Shown here in pieces: positions 53,714 through 62,501 of a DNA stretch of 64,000 nucleotides. The first letter of the stretch is position 1. Each line of letters starts with the position of its first letter. The stretch is from an uncultured Candidatus Saccharibacteria bacterium (lineage in GTDB: Bacteria; Patescibacteriota; Minisyncoccia; Portnoybacterales; UBA2143), in contig CAZFBL010000001.1 of NCBI GenBank assembly GCA_964517275.1, positions 14,144 to 78,143 on the forward strand. The letters are read 5' to 3'. The notes below the pieces were generated by a model. The model ran no database searches and was not told the origin of the DNA. It saw only the letters and a list, made by a program, of their open reading frames with translations. The translations under genes were made by a program, and so were the position numbers.

Positions 53714-54983
53714 ATGGCTTCTTTTCTTAATCGCTTATTTGCCTTTCCAGGTTGCTCTTAATCCTTGGCCGGGCATTGATTTGGCCTCTTTACGATTATT
53801 TATTGTTCTGCTTCTAGGCTTTTGGCTAGTTGAGACTTTAATCAGTAGAACTTGGCCGAACTGGGTTTATTTTAAGAACTTACAGAGTCTGACTTTGTTA
53901 TTTTTTTTAGGTCTGGCTTTTTTCTCTTTAATCGGAGCCGAAAACACCATCTGGGGGTTAAGGAAAATCGGTTTTTTCTTGTCCGTCTTTCCTTTATATT
54001 TCTTAGTTTTAATTTTGGTTGATAGTTGGTCGCGGATGAGAAAAATTATTTTAATTTTAATAACCAGTGGTCTGGCTATGGCTTTAATCGGCCTCAGCCA
54101 ATTTTTAGCTCAGTTCGTCTTTGGTCTGGAAAAGGTTTACCAGTTCTGGGCGGTAAATATCGTTCCTCTTTTCTCCGGTTTTAATTTAGGGACGATGATT
54201 TTAGCTTATCCCAGTTGGCTGGTTAATCTTGACGGTCAAACCGTTTTAAGGGCTTTTTCTTTTTTCTCCGACCCTCACGTCTTCAGCTTTTACCTGGGGC
54301 TCCTCTTGCCTCTCGGCTTCATCCTTTATTTAAAAGAAAAAAAACCTTTTCTATTATTTTCCTCCGCCGCCTTATTTACTGCCTTGCTGTTTACTTTTAC
54401 CAGGGGCGCTTATCTGGCCGTTGTCGTCTCTTTTTTAACGCTAGCCTTCTTGGTTTGGAAGTATCTTCAAAAAAGGAAAGCCGCTCTCGGACTTGCCTTA
54501 GTCCTGCTTATTTTTTTGATTCCAGGAACACCAATCGCTGATAGATTTTATTCTTCTTTTGATTTGGACGACGGTTCTAACAAGGGCCGTTTAGAGATGT
54601 GGCAGCAGGCCGGTCAGGGCGGTTTGAAAAACTTGTGGCAGGGGGTCGGCCTTGGCAATTATTCTTTACTGGTTGAACCTGACTTGGATTACCGTAATCC
54701 AGCTACCGCCCACAACCTTTATTTAGATGTTTTTTCAGAAATGGGTATTTTCGCTTTGGTTATCTGGCTGGCCCTGGTTCTTGGGACGCTTGTCCAGTTG
54801 GTTTGGAGACCGGCCCAGTTCGGGCAAGCCGAGGAATATCTTAGACTGGGTTTAATTGGTTCGCTGGTTTACTTAACCGTCCATAGTTTTTTTGAAACAA
54901 CTATCTATAGTCCGGTTGTTTTGGCTCTTTTGATGATTATTTTGGCTTTATCGACTATTATCGCCAAGAAGGGCCTTGATTAA
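53706..54983 (+). CDS. O-antigen ligase-like (Wzy_C) membrane protein, paralogue 1
   Basis: FTFTRGAYLAVVVSF (Wzy_C signature). Polytopic. Confidence 0.65.
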   Translation: MFKWLLFLIAYLPFQVALNPWPGIDLASLRLFIVLLLGFWLVETLISRTWPNWVYFKNLQSLTLLFFLGLAFFSLIGAENTIWGLRKIGFFLSVFPLYFLVLILVDSWSRMRKIILILITSGLAMALIGLSQFLAQFVFGLEKVYQFWAVNIVPLFSGFNLGTMILAYPSWLVNLDGQTVLRAFSFFSDPHVFSFYLGLLLPLGFILYLKEKKPFLLFSSAALFTALLFTFTRGAYLAVVVSFLTLAFLVWKYLQKRKAALGLALVLLIFLIPGTPIADRFYSSFDLDDGSNKGRLEMWQQAGQGGLKNLWQGVGLGNYSLLVEPDLDYRNPATAHNLYLDVFSEMGIFALVIWLALVLGTLVQLVWRPAQFGQAEEYLRLGLIGSLVYLTVHSFFETTIYSPVVLALLMIILALSTIIAKKGLD

Positions 54984-56178
54984 TATGCTCCAGAAGTTTG
55001 TTAATTTGTTAATCTATTTAGTCGCCTTGCTTCTACCGGTTTATTTAATCCGTTTTGAAGTTTTTTCGTTGCCGATTAATTTACTGGAATTAATTATCGC
55101 TATTCTGTTGGCTCTTTGGTTAATTCTGAAAGTAAGCTCGACTCCTTTCCGATTCCGAGGACCAGCCTTTTTTTATCCAATTTTTCTAATCTTTGTTGGT
55201 CTGACTTTAGCCACTTTCTTTTCGGCTGATTTGAGAATAAGCGCTGGTATTTGGAAAAGCTGGTTTATTGTCCCCTGGCTCTATCTGGTCGTTTTAGTTG
55301 ATAATCTACAGACCGAAAAACAAGTCAATAAACTATTAATTGCTCTGACTTTATCCGGCCTGGGCGTTGCTTCAGTCGCTCTTGTCTATCGGCTGACTGG
55401 TCAGTTGACCTATGACGGTCGACTGAATGCCTTTTATCTTTCCCCTAATCATCTGGCTATGTATCTGTCGCCAATTCTCATTCTTTCTTTTTATCTTTAT
55501 TTCTGTTTTAAACGCAGCTTTTTCAAAATATTATTATTGTTAGTCGACTGCTTATTGTTATTGACCGTTTTTTTGACCTATTCCTATGGCGCCTGGCTGG
55601 GTTTATTGACTGCTTTTATTTTTCTGCTGATAATTCTGTATAGAAATAGGGATTGGTTTAGAAATTCAAAGATAGCCCTGGCGGCGATTAGCCTGATTTT
55701 TTTAGTTTTTATTCTAGCCTGCTTGAGTCAAATTCCCAGTCATAAATTCCAGAGCCTGGCTGATTTATCTTATCCCTCTTTGCAGTCGCGATTGGCGATT
55801 TGGCGGAGCGCTTGGCAAATAGCTGTTGACCATCTTTGGTTAGGCATCGGCCCCGGGCTTTTTCAGCAATATTATTTGGACTATCAGAACCAAATGCCTC
55901 CTTACTTGGAATGGGCTGTTCCACAGCCTCATAATCTTTTTTTGGCCTTCTGGTTACAGACTGGCTTGCTTGGTTTAATCGGCTTTATTTGGCTTTTAGC
56001 TCTCTTTTTTAAGCAAATATTCAAGCAAATAAAAAACAGCCATCTGATTGCCTGTTTTTTAATGGCGGCTATGATTTATCTTTTAATCCACGGTTTAATC
56101 GATACTACTTATTGGAAGAATGATTTGTCAATTATCTTTTGGTTGATAATCGGTCTGGCTTCCAGCCGGCTTGCTTAA
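54976..56178 (+). CDS. O-antigen ligase-like (Wzy_C) membrane protein, paralogue 2
   Basis: YSYGAWLGLLTAFIFLL (Wzy_C signature). Polytopic. Confidence 0.65.
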   Translation: MINMLQKFVNLLIYLVALLLPVYLIRFEVFSLPINLLELIIAILLALWLILKVSSTPFRFRGPAFFYPIFLIFVGLTLATFFSADLRISAGIWKSWFIVPWLYLVVLVDNLQTEKQVNKLLIALTLSGLGVASVALVYRLTGQLTYDGRLNAFYLSPNHLAMYLSPILILSFYLYFCFKRSFFKILLLLVDCLLLLTVFLTYSYGAWLGLLTAFIFLLIILYRNRDWFRNSKIALAAISLIFLVFILACLSQIPSHKFQSLADLSYPSLQSRLAIWRSAWQIAVDHLWLGIGPGLFQQYYLDYQNQMPPYLEWAVPQPHNLFLAFWLQTGLLGLIGFIWLLALFFKQIFKQIKNSHLIACFLMAAMIYLLIHGLIDTTYWKNDLSIIFWLIIGLASSRLA

Positions 56179-56207
56179 TTAAAGCGAAAGTGGGTCCTTG
56201 TCGCCGG

Positions 56208-56290
56208 CGAGAAAAGGTCTGGCCTCGCCCAACCCAGCTCGTAATTATTGGTTAGTTTTGAAAATTTTAGTTGGAAAGGCCAGACCTTTT
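56208..56290. repeat. Conserved stem-loop intergenic element, copy B (GAAAAGGTCTGGCC...GGCCAGACCTTTTC), followed by two extra copies of the 3' arm
   Basis: About 85% identical to 8714..8796. The C-to-T change in the left arm is compensated by G-to-A in the right arm. Extra arms AAAAGGCCAGGCCTTTTC and GAAAGGCCAGACCTTTTCC through 56336. Confidence 0.6.
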
Positions 56291-56341
56291 CAAAAGGCCA
56301 GGCCTTTTCGAAAGGCCAGACCTTTTCCTTTCTACTGGTTA

Positions 56342-57478
56342 TCAAAGTTCTAAGCTATAAAGCAGACTGTTGAGTTTATTGATAAAAAGAAGATAGTCTT
56401 CCAAGGGGGATAAAAGCAGTTGTTGGGCATCGTAAGACATAGTTTCTTCTTCAGCCTCGGCCGATGGATAAATCTGAATCTTCTCTCCGGTATCTAAATT
56501 AACCCGCCAAAAATTATCAGCCAAGACAACTAACCCTTTGTAATAATCATCAGGCAAGGTGGCTGTGGTCGAAATATTCTTAGGAACGGCGCAGAAAATG
56601 GTTCGGTTATCCTGAGACCAAACGCATTTTTCCGGCAAAGTGACAAAATCCAATTCCTTAGTCGTCTGCTTAGCCAAATTGGCTATTTTTAATTTGAGAT
56701 TTTTGCCCCGTTCATCAGTCTCCGAAAAGAGTATTTTGTCTCCCTGCGGCGACCAAATAACAGTCAAGCCATAAGTTTCGCTAATAAGCTTCTGTAAATG
56801 GCCGTTGGCCAAATCAATTGAATAGACAACGCTTTGTGCTAAACCGCTTGGTCTGGTCCGAATGGATAATTGGCTGGAATTGGGCCACTCAACAATCAAG
56901 TTTTTCATCCGGGTGGCTAAAATATTAGTCCAGTTTGAACCATCCGGATTGGCAATACTAATATTATTGTCTTCAGTCTGCGGATTATAGTATTGATAAG
57001 CGATTTTGTCTTGGTTAGGCGACCAGGTGATGTGTCGGATATTTGAATCAAGCTGGGTCGCTTTTTCGGTTTGGTAATCATAAAGATATTTTTTTATTTC
57101 TCCTCCGTCATCAAAAATAGCAATAACCTTATCTCGCTGGGGTGACCAGAGAGCTTTTAACAAATCGGTTAGTAGATTAGCCGAAACCCTTGTTTTATCG
57201 GAGCCATCAAAATCGGATTCGAAAACATTGCCGTTACCCATTAGATAATACTTGACTTTTTGTCCATCAGCAATCGGACTTAAAATTGATTCTTGGGTGA
57301 TTGTCTTGATTCGACCGGCTTGCTTTAGCTCGGTTGAGGAAGCTGGGCCGGTTGTCGGTTTAGTCGGTTCTTCTTCTTTGAAAAAGTAATTATAAGCAAT
57401 TAAAAAACCTACTACAAGGACAAGTAGGACGATTAAAATGATAAAGATTTTTTTGAGCGACATATTTTTATTTAGCAA
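56342..57478 (-). CDS. Membrane-anchored PD40/TolB-like beta-propeller repeat protein
   Basis: N-terminal TM. Repeated W-SP-(Q/N)-DK-I motifs (WSPQRDKVIAIF, WSPNQDKIAYQ, WSPQGDKILFSE). Confidence 0.55.
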   Translation of the reverse strand: MLNKNMSLKKIFIILIVLLVLVVGFLIAYNYFFKEEEPTKPTTGPASSTELKQAGRIKTITQESILSPIADGQKVKYYLMGNGNVFESDFDGSDKTRVSANLLTDLLKALWSPQRDKVIAIFDDGGEIKKYLYDYQTEKATQLDSNIRHITWSPNQDKIAYQYYNPQTEDNNISIANPDGSNWTNILATRMKNLIVEWPNSSQLSIRTRPSGLAQSVVYSIDLANGHLQKLISETYGLTVIWSPQGDKILFSETDERGKNLKLKIANLAKQTTKELDFVTLPEKCVWSQDNRTIFCAVPKNISTTATLPDDYYKGLVVLADNFWRVNLDTGEKIQIYPSAEAEEETMSYDAQQLLLSPLEDYLLFINKLNSLLYSLEL

Positions 57479-57491
57479 GAGTTAACTATTA

Positions 57492-57953
57492 TTAGGGGCC
57501 AGCTGTTTCTATGCACTGACAAGAACTGAAATCCCAGGAGTAGTTCGGCTCACAGGGTATTTCGCATTGAGCCGGGCAATGGCCCGGATGGCACGGTTCA
57601 TGCCAACTGACTAAGTCTGGATTGATTGTGTTTAAAATTAAATAGGCGGCTAATGCTAATAATAGGCCGGAAATAGCTCCCCAAATATATTTCTTGGCTT
57701 CTTCTTTAGAGGTAATTGTTCCGGAGAGCATATAGTTGAAGCCGCCATAAACTAAAGCGGCTAGAGCGGCGATACCGACTAGACCTAGGCCAAAAAGATA
57801 AATATAGCGAAGATAGGTCAATAAATCAGGTTCGGTTTCGGTCATCTGGGGGATGCTTACTTCTATTTCGTAAGCAGTTTGACCGATAAAAGGAATTAAT
57901 AATAAACAGCCGAGCGCGGAAGACAAGATAATTTTAATTAATAGTTTTTTCAT
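57492..57953 (-). CDS. VirB2/TrbC-pilin-like small membrane protein with Cys-rich C-terminal tail
   Basis: Signal peptide, two hydrophobic helices, then HEPCHPGHCPAQCEIPCEPNYSWDFSSCQCIE (7 Cys). Confidence 0.4.
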   Translation of the reverse strand: MKKLLIKIILSSALGCLLLIPFIGQTAYEIEVSIPQMTETEPDLLTYLRYIYLFGLGLVGIAALAALVYGGFNYMLSGTITSKEEAKKYIWGAISGLLLALAAYLILNTINPDLVSWHEPCHPGHCPAQCEIPCEPNYSWDFSSCQCIETAGP

Positions 57954-57976
57954 TGATTATGAATTAGTCGTAAAAC

Positions 57977-58723
57977 CTAAGGGATGAGGTTTATTTCTGC
58001 TTTAGTTTGGGCATCTTGTAGAGAGTTATTCTTGTTTTCTAAATTAATAGTCAAGTCTTCTTCAATTGATTGGCCTACTTGGCCTACTTTAATAATAACG
58101 ACGTTAGGATGTTCGTTGCCGGTTTGGGACAATTCTTTTTCTCCCCAGTTCCATTGGTAATTTAGTTCGTTTAAATTTTGAATGTTGAAAAAATAAGGTT
58201 GGGCCGTGAATTTTACTTCCTGATTAGCTTTGATTTGATATTGAGAAGTTAATCGGCTAAGTTTCCGGGGGAATATATCAGTTTTTAAAACAACTTCTGG
58301 TTCAGCCGTTTTTAAAGAAAGAAGAGGCGAATAACCCAGGAAATTATTTTGGTTGTCTCTAATCAGTACCTTGATCAAGTATTGTTGGTTGAGGCTCTGG
58401 CTGGTCTTAAATCTGAAAATCTGTTTATCCTGGCCGGAGTCTTTTTTTTGAAGTTGGCCATCCAGAAACCATTGATAATTTAGCTCCTGGAGATTGGTTT
58501 CCAGCTGGCCGGTCAGCCAGTCAATATTAGCCACCACTTCAATCATGCTTTCCTGGCTGGGCAAGGCCTTGCCCGGGTAATTAGTCGGGACGTAGACATC
58601 GGTTGACCAAGTTAGAGTGATTGATATCCTTTGGGCTTGGCCTCCTGTGAAAGGAAACAATATAAAGAGACAGCAACAGATAAGCGGGAGGAAATATCTA
58701 ATTAAAATTATTCGTTTATTCAT
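57977..58723 (-). CDS. Secreted hypothetical protein (signal peptide)
   Basis: N-terminal hydrophobic leader. Internal duplication (LNYQWFLDG / LNYQWNWGE). Confidence 0.45.
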   Translation of the reverse strand: MNKRIILIRYFLPLICCCLFILFPFTGGQAQRISITLTWSTDVYVPTNYPGKALPSQESMIEVVANIDWLTGQLETNLQELNYQWFLDGQLQKKDSGQDKQIFRFKTSQSLNQQYLIKVLIRDNQNNFLGYSPLLSLKTAEPEVVLKTDIFPRKLSRLTSQYQIKANQEVKFTAQPYFFNIQNLNELNYQWNWGEKELSQTGNEHPNVVIIKVGQVGQSIEEDLTINLENKNNSLQDAQTKAEINLIP

Positions 58724-59124
58724 TTTATTTTAGTCGGCTTTGCTAGGGTTTTGGACAGATAGCCTTTCTCTTCCAGATAGATGCTGATAACAAAAATAGT
58801 CCAGGTTGGCAATAAATCGCCTAGGCCGGGAATTAGTTCAGTTAAAAAAGTTGTTCCAAATCTAGCGCCAGGAAAACGATGTAAGCGAACAAGACACCAG
58901 AGTCCGAGAATCCCAGCCGTAACCAGATCAATAAGTCGAAAAAGCAGTAAATCTAATCCCAGCCAGTCGCAAAGGTCGTTAATTGCCGCGATAAGGCCAA
59001 TAAGGAAGAATTCAACGTCACTAATTTCGCTAGCGGCCGGAGATAATTCTTTTCTGACTTTAACTTTTTTCTTAGTGGCCTTAGCCCTTCTGGCCTGATT
59101 AAGAGAAGCTGTATAATTAGGCAT
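58720..59124 (-). CDS. Small membrane protein (basic N-terminus, 2-3 TM)
   Basis: ORF with a hydrophobic core. Overlaps the next gene by 4 nt. Confidence 0.4.
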   Translation of the reverse strand: MPNYTASLNQARRAKATKKKVKVRKELSPAASEISDVEFFLIGLIAAINDLCDWLGLDLLLFRLIDLVTAGILGLWCLVRLHRFPGARFGTTFLTELIPGLGDLLPTWTIFVISIYLEEKGYLSKTLAKPTKIK

Positions 59125-59142
59125 ATTTGTTGTCTATTTTAA

Positions 59143-60957
59143 TCAATAGGCCGTACCGGCGGTCTCCTTCGTCTCCTTTCCGTTCTCTTCGGCCAGTTCT
59201 TTTTTGGCCTGTTCAATCTCCATCAATTGAGCTGGGTCAGAAGTGATAATCTGGTCTTCGGTGTAGGAGGCGATTACTTGGATAGCTACGTGTTTTAGGC
59301 CAGCGAAGAAAATACCCTCGCCGACGCTGGCCGCTAGTAATCTGCTTTTTTCTTGTTCGGTTAAATGAAAGGTTTCCTTAACCACGTCAATTGTCGCTGG
59401 CGACTGCTTTAATAGGAGCTGTAAAGAGGAGTTAGTGACAATCGGTTTGCCGTATTTGGATTTCATAAAGTCAGCTATGTCTTGAGTGATAGTAGTCAGT
59501 CCCAGGTAATACTTTCGACACCTTTTGGCGATTCCGAAAAGGAAAGAAGCGGCGTCCTCGTGCTGCATCATCCACCAAGCCTCGTCAACGACTAAAATCC
59601 TTTTCTTCTTTTGAGAGCGGACAATATTCCAGATATAACGAAGAATGACATACATAGCTAAAGGCCTTAATTCGTCCTCCATGTCGCGAATACTAAAGAC
59701 GACTAATTTTTTACCTAATTCTATGTTGGTTGGTTCATTAAAGAAGCCGGCGTAGCTGCCACTAACATATTTTTCTAAACGGGTGGCCAAACTTTCTCCG
59801 CCAGTCATTCCTTTTAAAACAGTATAGAGGTCCTGCATTAAAGGCGGATTGATTTTGGTGAAATCTGACTCGGCGGTGATATCGCGGGCGGCGTAAGTTT
59901 GGCTGAGCGCTTTATCTATGACAGCGTCTTCTTCCGGAGTCAAACCACCAAGCATTATTCTTAAAAGGCCGACTAGATTGATAATGTTGCTTCTTAAAAG
60001 ATTGGCCGGCTTGTCGTCTGGTCCGGGCAAGGGCAAGTCAAACGGATTAAGATGGTGAGTTGAAGTCAGGGAAATATCAATAAAGCTGCCGCCAACCGTT
60101 TCAGTCAGATATTTATATTCTTTTTCCGGGTCAATGATAATTACTTCTGCCTCCTGCATCAAAGAACGGAGAACTTCCAATTTAACTGAATATGATTTTC
60201 CTGAGCCGGATTTGGCAAAAACGACCATATTCCCGTTTTCCAAACTAAAACGGTCGAATAAGATTAGGGAGTTATTGTGAGTGTTAATGCCGTAAAGAAT
60301 CCCCTTATTGTCAGTTAAATCAGAAGAAATGAAAGGGAAAGTTGATGATAAGGGAGCGGTGTTAAAGCTGTTATGAATGATTAGTTTGTCTTCTTCTAAA
60401 GGCAAGGTTGAAATAAGGCCTTGTTCCTGTTGAAAGACAGCTGGCTTGGCATAGATGCTCTGGTTTTCTAGAATAGCCCTGATTTCGTTCTCAATTTCAT
60501 CTAACTGTTTGATTGAGTCGGAAAAAAATGTAATATAAAGGCCGAATTTGAAAAGCCTTTCCATGCCTTGCTGTAATTTGTCGCGTAAATCTTCAACATT
60601 TTGAAAGGCGGTTTCCAAAACTGGACTACGTACTCTGCCTTTCTCTTGCTGAAGAGATATTTGAGACTGAATTTGAGCCGTCTTCTTAGTTAGATTTTTT
60701 AAAACAGTTCTTGTCTCTATCGGATGAATGAATAAAGAAACATTCATTTCTTGGTCAAAAGTGATGATCGGCGAGAGCCAGCCAGTGTTCAAAACGCTCG
60801 GATAAGTAAAAACAAAGATGGTCCGGCCGTATTTTTGGCCAAGCTGGAAATAGCCGGATTCAATCTTAAGCCCAGCCGGAGCAATCAAATTAACCAAGTC
60901 TGTTTTAGAATCTATTTCCAAGGGTTCTTCTTTTTTTATTTTTTTGAACAGAGACAT
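59143..60957 (-). CDS. VirB4/TraC-like T4SS ATPase, C-terminal ATPase part
   Basis: Walker A VVFAKSGSGKSYSV. Walker B RILVVDEAWWMM. 604 aa. Confidence 0.8.
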   Translation of the reverse strand: MSLFKKIKKEEPLEIDSKTDLVNLIAPAGLKIESGYFQLGQKYGRTIFVFTYPSVLNTGWLSPIITFDQEMNVSLFIHPIETRTVLKNLTKKTAQIQSQISLQQEKGRVRSPVLETAFQNVEDLRDKLQQGMERLFKFGLYITFFSDSIKQLDEIENEIRAILENQSIYAKPAVFQQEQGLISTLPLEEDKLIIHNSFNTAPLSSTFPFISSDLTDNKGILYGINTHNNSLILFDRFSLENGNMVVFAKSGSGKSYSVKLEVLRSLMQEAEVIIIDPEKEYKYLTETVGGSFIDISLTSTHHLNPFDLPLPGPDDKPANLLRSNIINLVGLLRIMLGGLTPEEDAVIDKALSQTYAARDITAESDFTKINPPLMQDLYTVLKGMTGGESLATRLEKYVSGSYAGFFNEPTNIELGKKLVVFSIRDMEDELRPLAMYVILRYIWNIVRSQKKKRILVVDEAWWMMQHEDAASFLFGIAKRCRKYYLGLTTITQDIADFMKSKYGKPIVTNSSLQLLLKQSPATIDVVKETFHLTEQEKSRLLAASVGEGIFFAGLKHVAIQVIASYTEDQIITSDPAQLMEIEQAKKELAEENGKETKETAGTAY

Positions 60958-60958
60958 G

Positions 60959-61615
60959 TTATTCCATTCTTAACTCCTTAGCCTTGCCCAGCTCGGGCTC
61001 TTCTTTGGCGCTGGGGTTGTATAGTTTGTAGAAAAGTTCAATCAGTTCATCGGTTTTTAAGGGAACCGCCTTAAGACCAGTGCTTCTTAAACCGGCTGTA
61101 ATGAACTCAACTCTTTGCCAGAGATTATTTTTTAATTCCTCGAAGCTTTCTTGGGAGCTGGAATCCTTATTCTTTTTAAAACCGCCTAATAAGTTACCAA
61201 AGAAACCAATCTTTTTAGTAATGGAGGGATTATAAGGAACGATTAAGTAGAAGGATTCGGTCATAATATTGGTTGTCTCGGTCAGGCCTTTAACAAAATC
61301 AAGATATTCTGAAGTCTGTACTTTTAGTAATTCATTTTCTTGTTTTTCCTGATGTTGCTTTAATGTTTCTAAATACGGCTCAATGTCGAATTTTCGGGAA
61401 GCGGCCATAATTTGGATAGGAAAATCAAGCGAATTTAGAAGGGCCTGATAACGATGGACAATAGCGTCCTGCTCATCAGTTGATTTAAGGGCAAAATTAA
61501 TACTGCTAGTCATTAAAATAGCCCGCAGTCCACCGCTCTTGAGAATCAGGACGCCGTCCTTTATTTCTTTAATTGGTAAGTGTTTTTGGATAGAGGCTGA
61601 TTTTTGTTGAGACAT
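60959..61615 (-). CDS. VirB4-like N-terminal domain encoded as a separate ORF
   Basis: LPIKEIKDGVLILKSGGLRAILMTSSINFALKSTDEQDAI resembles Gram-positive VirB4 (PrgJ/TcpF) N-termini. The stop TAA is 1 nt before the ATG of 59143..60957, in a different frame. Confidence 0.5.
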   Translation of the reverse strand: MSQQKSASIQKHLPIKEIKDGVLILKSGGLRAILMTSSINFALKSTDEQDAIVHRYQALLNSLDFPIQIMAASRKFDIEPYLETLKQHQEKQENELLKVQTSEYLDFVKGLTETTNIMTESFYLIVPYNPSITKKIGFFGNLLGGFKKNKDSSSQESFEELKNNLWQRVEFITAGLRSTGLKAVPLKTDELIELFYKLYNPSAKEEPELGKAKELRME

Positions 61616-61893
61616 TATTTTTTTCGCCAGAGATATAATCTGGGCTTCCTTAAGTATTTGACTAATGAGCCCAAAAGAGAAACAAACGGCCGGCCGTTGA
61701 CTCTATAAAAAGCTAAAGCGCCGCAGAGAGCCGCCACCGGAATGGCTACAATAATAAAAGCGGTCAGCTTAAGAAAAAACCAAAGGATAAAAAGCAAGCC
61801 GGCCCCGCCTCCTAAGTAGAAAAACTGTTTTAAGGTTAAGGGACCGATAATTTTGTCTTCTACTTCAATAAATTGGGGAACATTGAACTGCAT
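61615..61893 (-). CDS. PrgI-family (VirB3-like) small T4SS membrane protein
   Basis: MQFNVPQFIEVEDKIIGPLTLKQFFYLGGGAGLL plus two TM segments. Stop overlaps the next start (TAATG). Confidence 0.6.
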   Translation of the reverse strand: MQFNVPQFIEVEDKIIGPLTLKQFFYLGGGAGLLFILWFFLKLTAFIIVAIPVAALCGALAFYRVNGRPFVSLLGSLVKYLRKPRLYLWRKK

Positions 61894-61936
61894 ATTTTGG
61901 CAAGCAAAATAATTTTTCCTGACTTTCTTGAGAAAA

Positions 61937-62497
61937 TTAATGTCCGTTTTTTAAATCGACCACATTTCCCTCTAGACGCGGTCCATCTGCCTTGGCTTGA
62001 TCTGATGTTTCAATTGGTTCGCGATAAGTATCTCCTCTGGCTGGCTGTGATTCGGCTCTTTCAGGCGGACTATCTTTTAATTTAACCACCGGCGATGGAC
62101 TTGGCTCTTTGACAGTTCCTTCTTCACGCGGCCAGGACGGGACCCGATGAATCTTTTTTAAGTTTTCTTTGACTGGTAGAAAAATAGTCTGATTAATATC
62201 TCTGGCCAGCTGACGAGCCGGTTCTTCGGCTAAGCCGCATTCTTTCTGGAGCGACTTGACAAAATTAACGATGTTGGTTTCGCCTAATAAGATTAGGCCG
62301 GTCACGTAAGAAGCCTGGACAAGCTGTTCCCTATCCAAATTGTTTTTTAAACCGATTTCTCTGACTTGGTTGGCAGTATTTTCATTAAAAAATAAGTTGC
62401 GCATCTCTGGCGGAAGTTGAAAATAAATACCGTATCTTTTTCTAATAGTCGGATTATTAACTTTTTTTAATTTTTTTACTTGTAAGGAAGTAAGCAT
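61937..62497 (-). CDS. Hypothetical protein with Pro/charged-rich C-terminus
   Basis: ORF only. Confidence 0.4.
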   Translation of the reverse strand: MLTSLQVKKLKKVNNPTIRKRYGIYFQLPPEMRNLFFNENTANQVREIGLKNNLDREQLVQASYVTGLILLGETNIVNFVKSLQKECGLAEEPARQLARDINQTIFLPVKENLKKIHRVPSWPREEGTVKEPSPSPVVKLKDSPPERAESQPARGDTYREPIETSDQAKADGPRLEGNVVDLKNGH

Positions 62498-62501
62498 GTT
62501 T

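Noticed and set aside
56290-56340. Tandem AAAGGCCAG(G/A)CCTTTTC copies considered as a CRISPR array
   Set aside because: Only 2-3 palindromic copies are present, there are no unique spacers and no cas genes. This is better explained as duplicated arms of the conserved stem-loop element.
61873-62085. 70-aa plus-strand ORF overlapping the T4SS genes
   Set aside because: Antisense shadow ORF with no RBS or motif.
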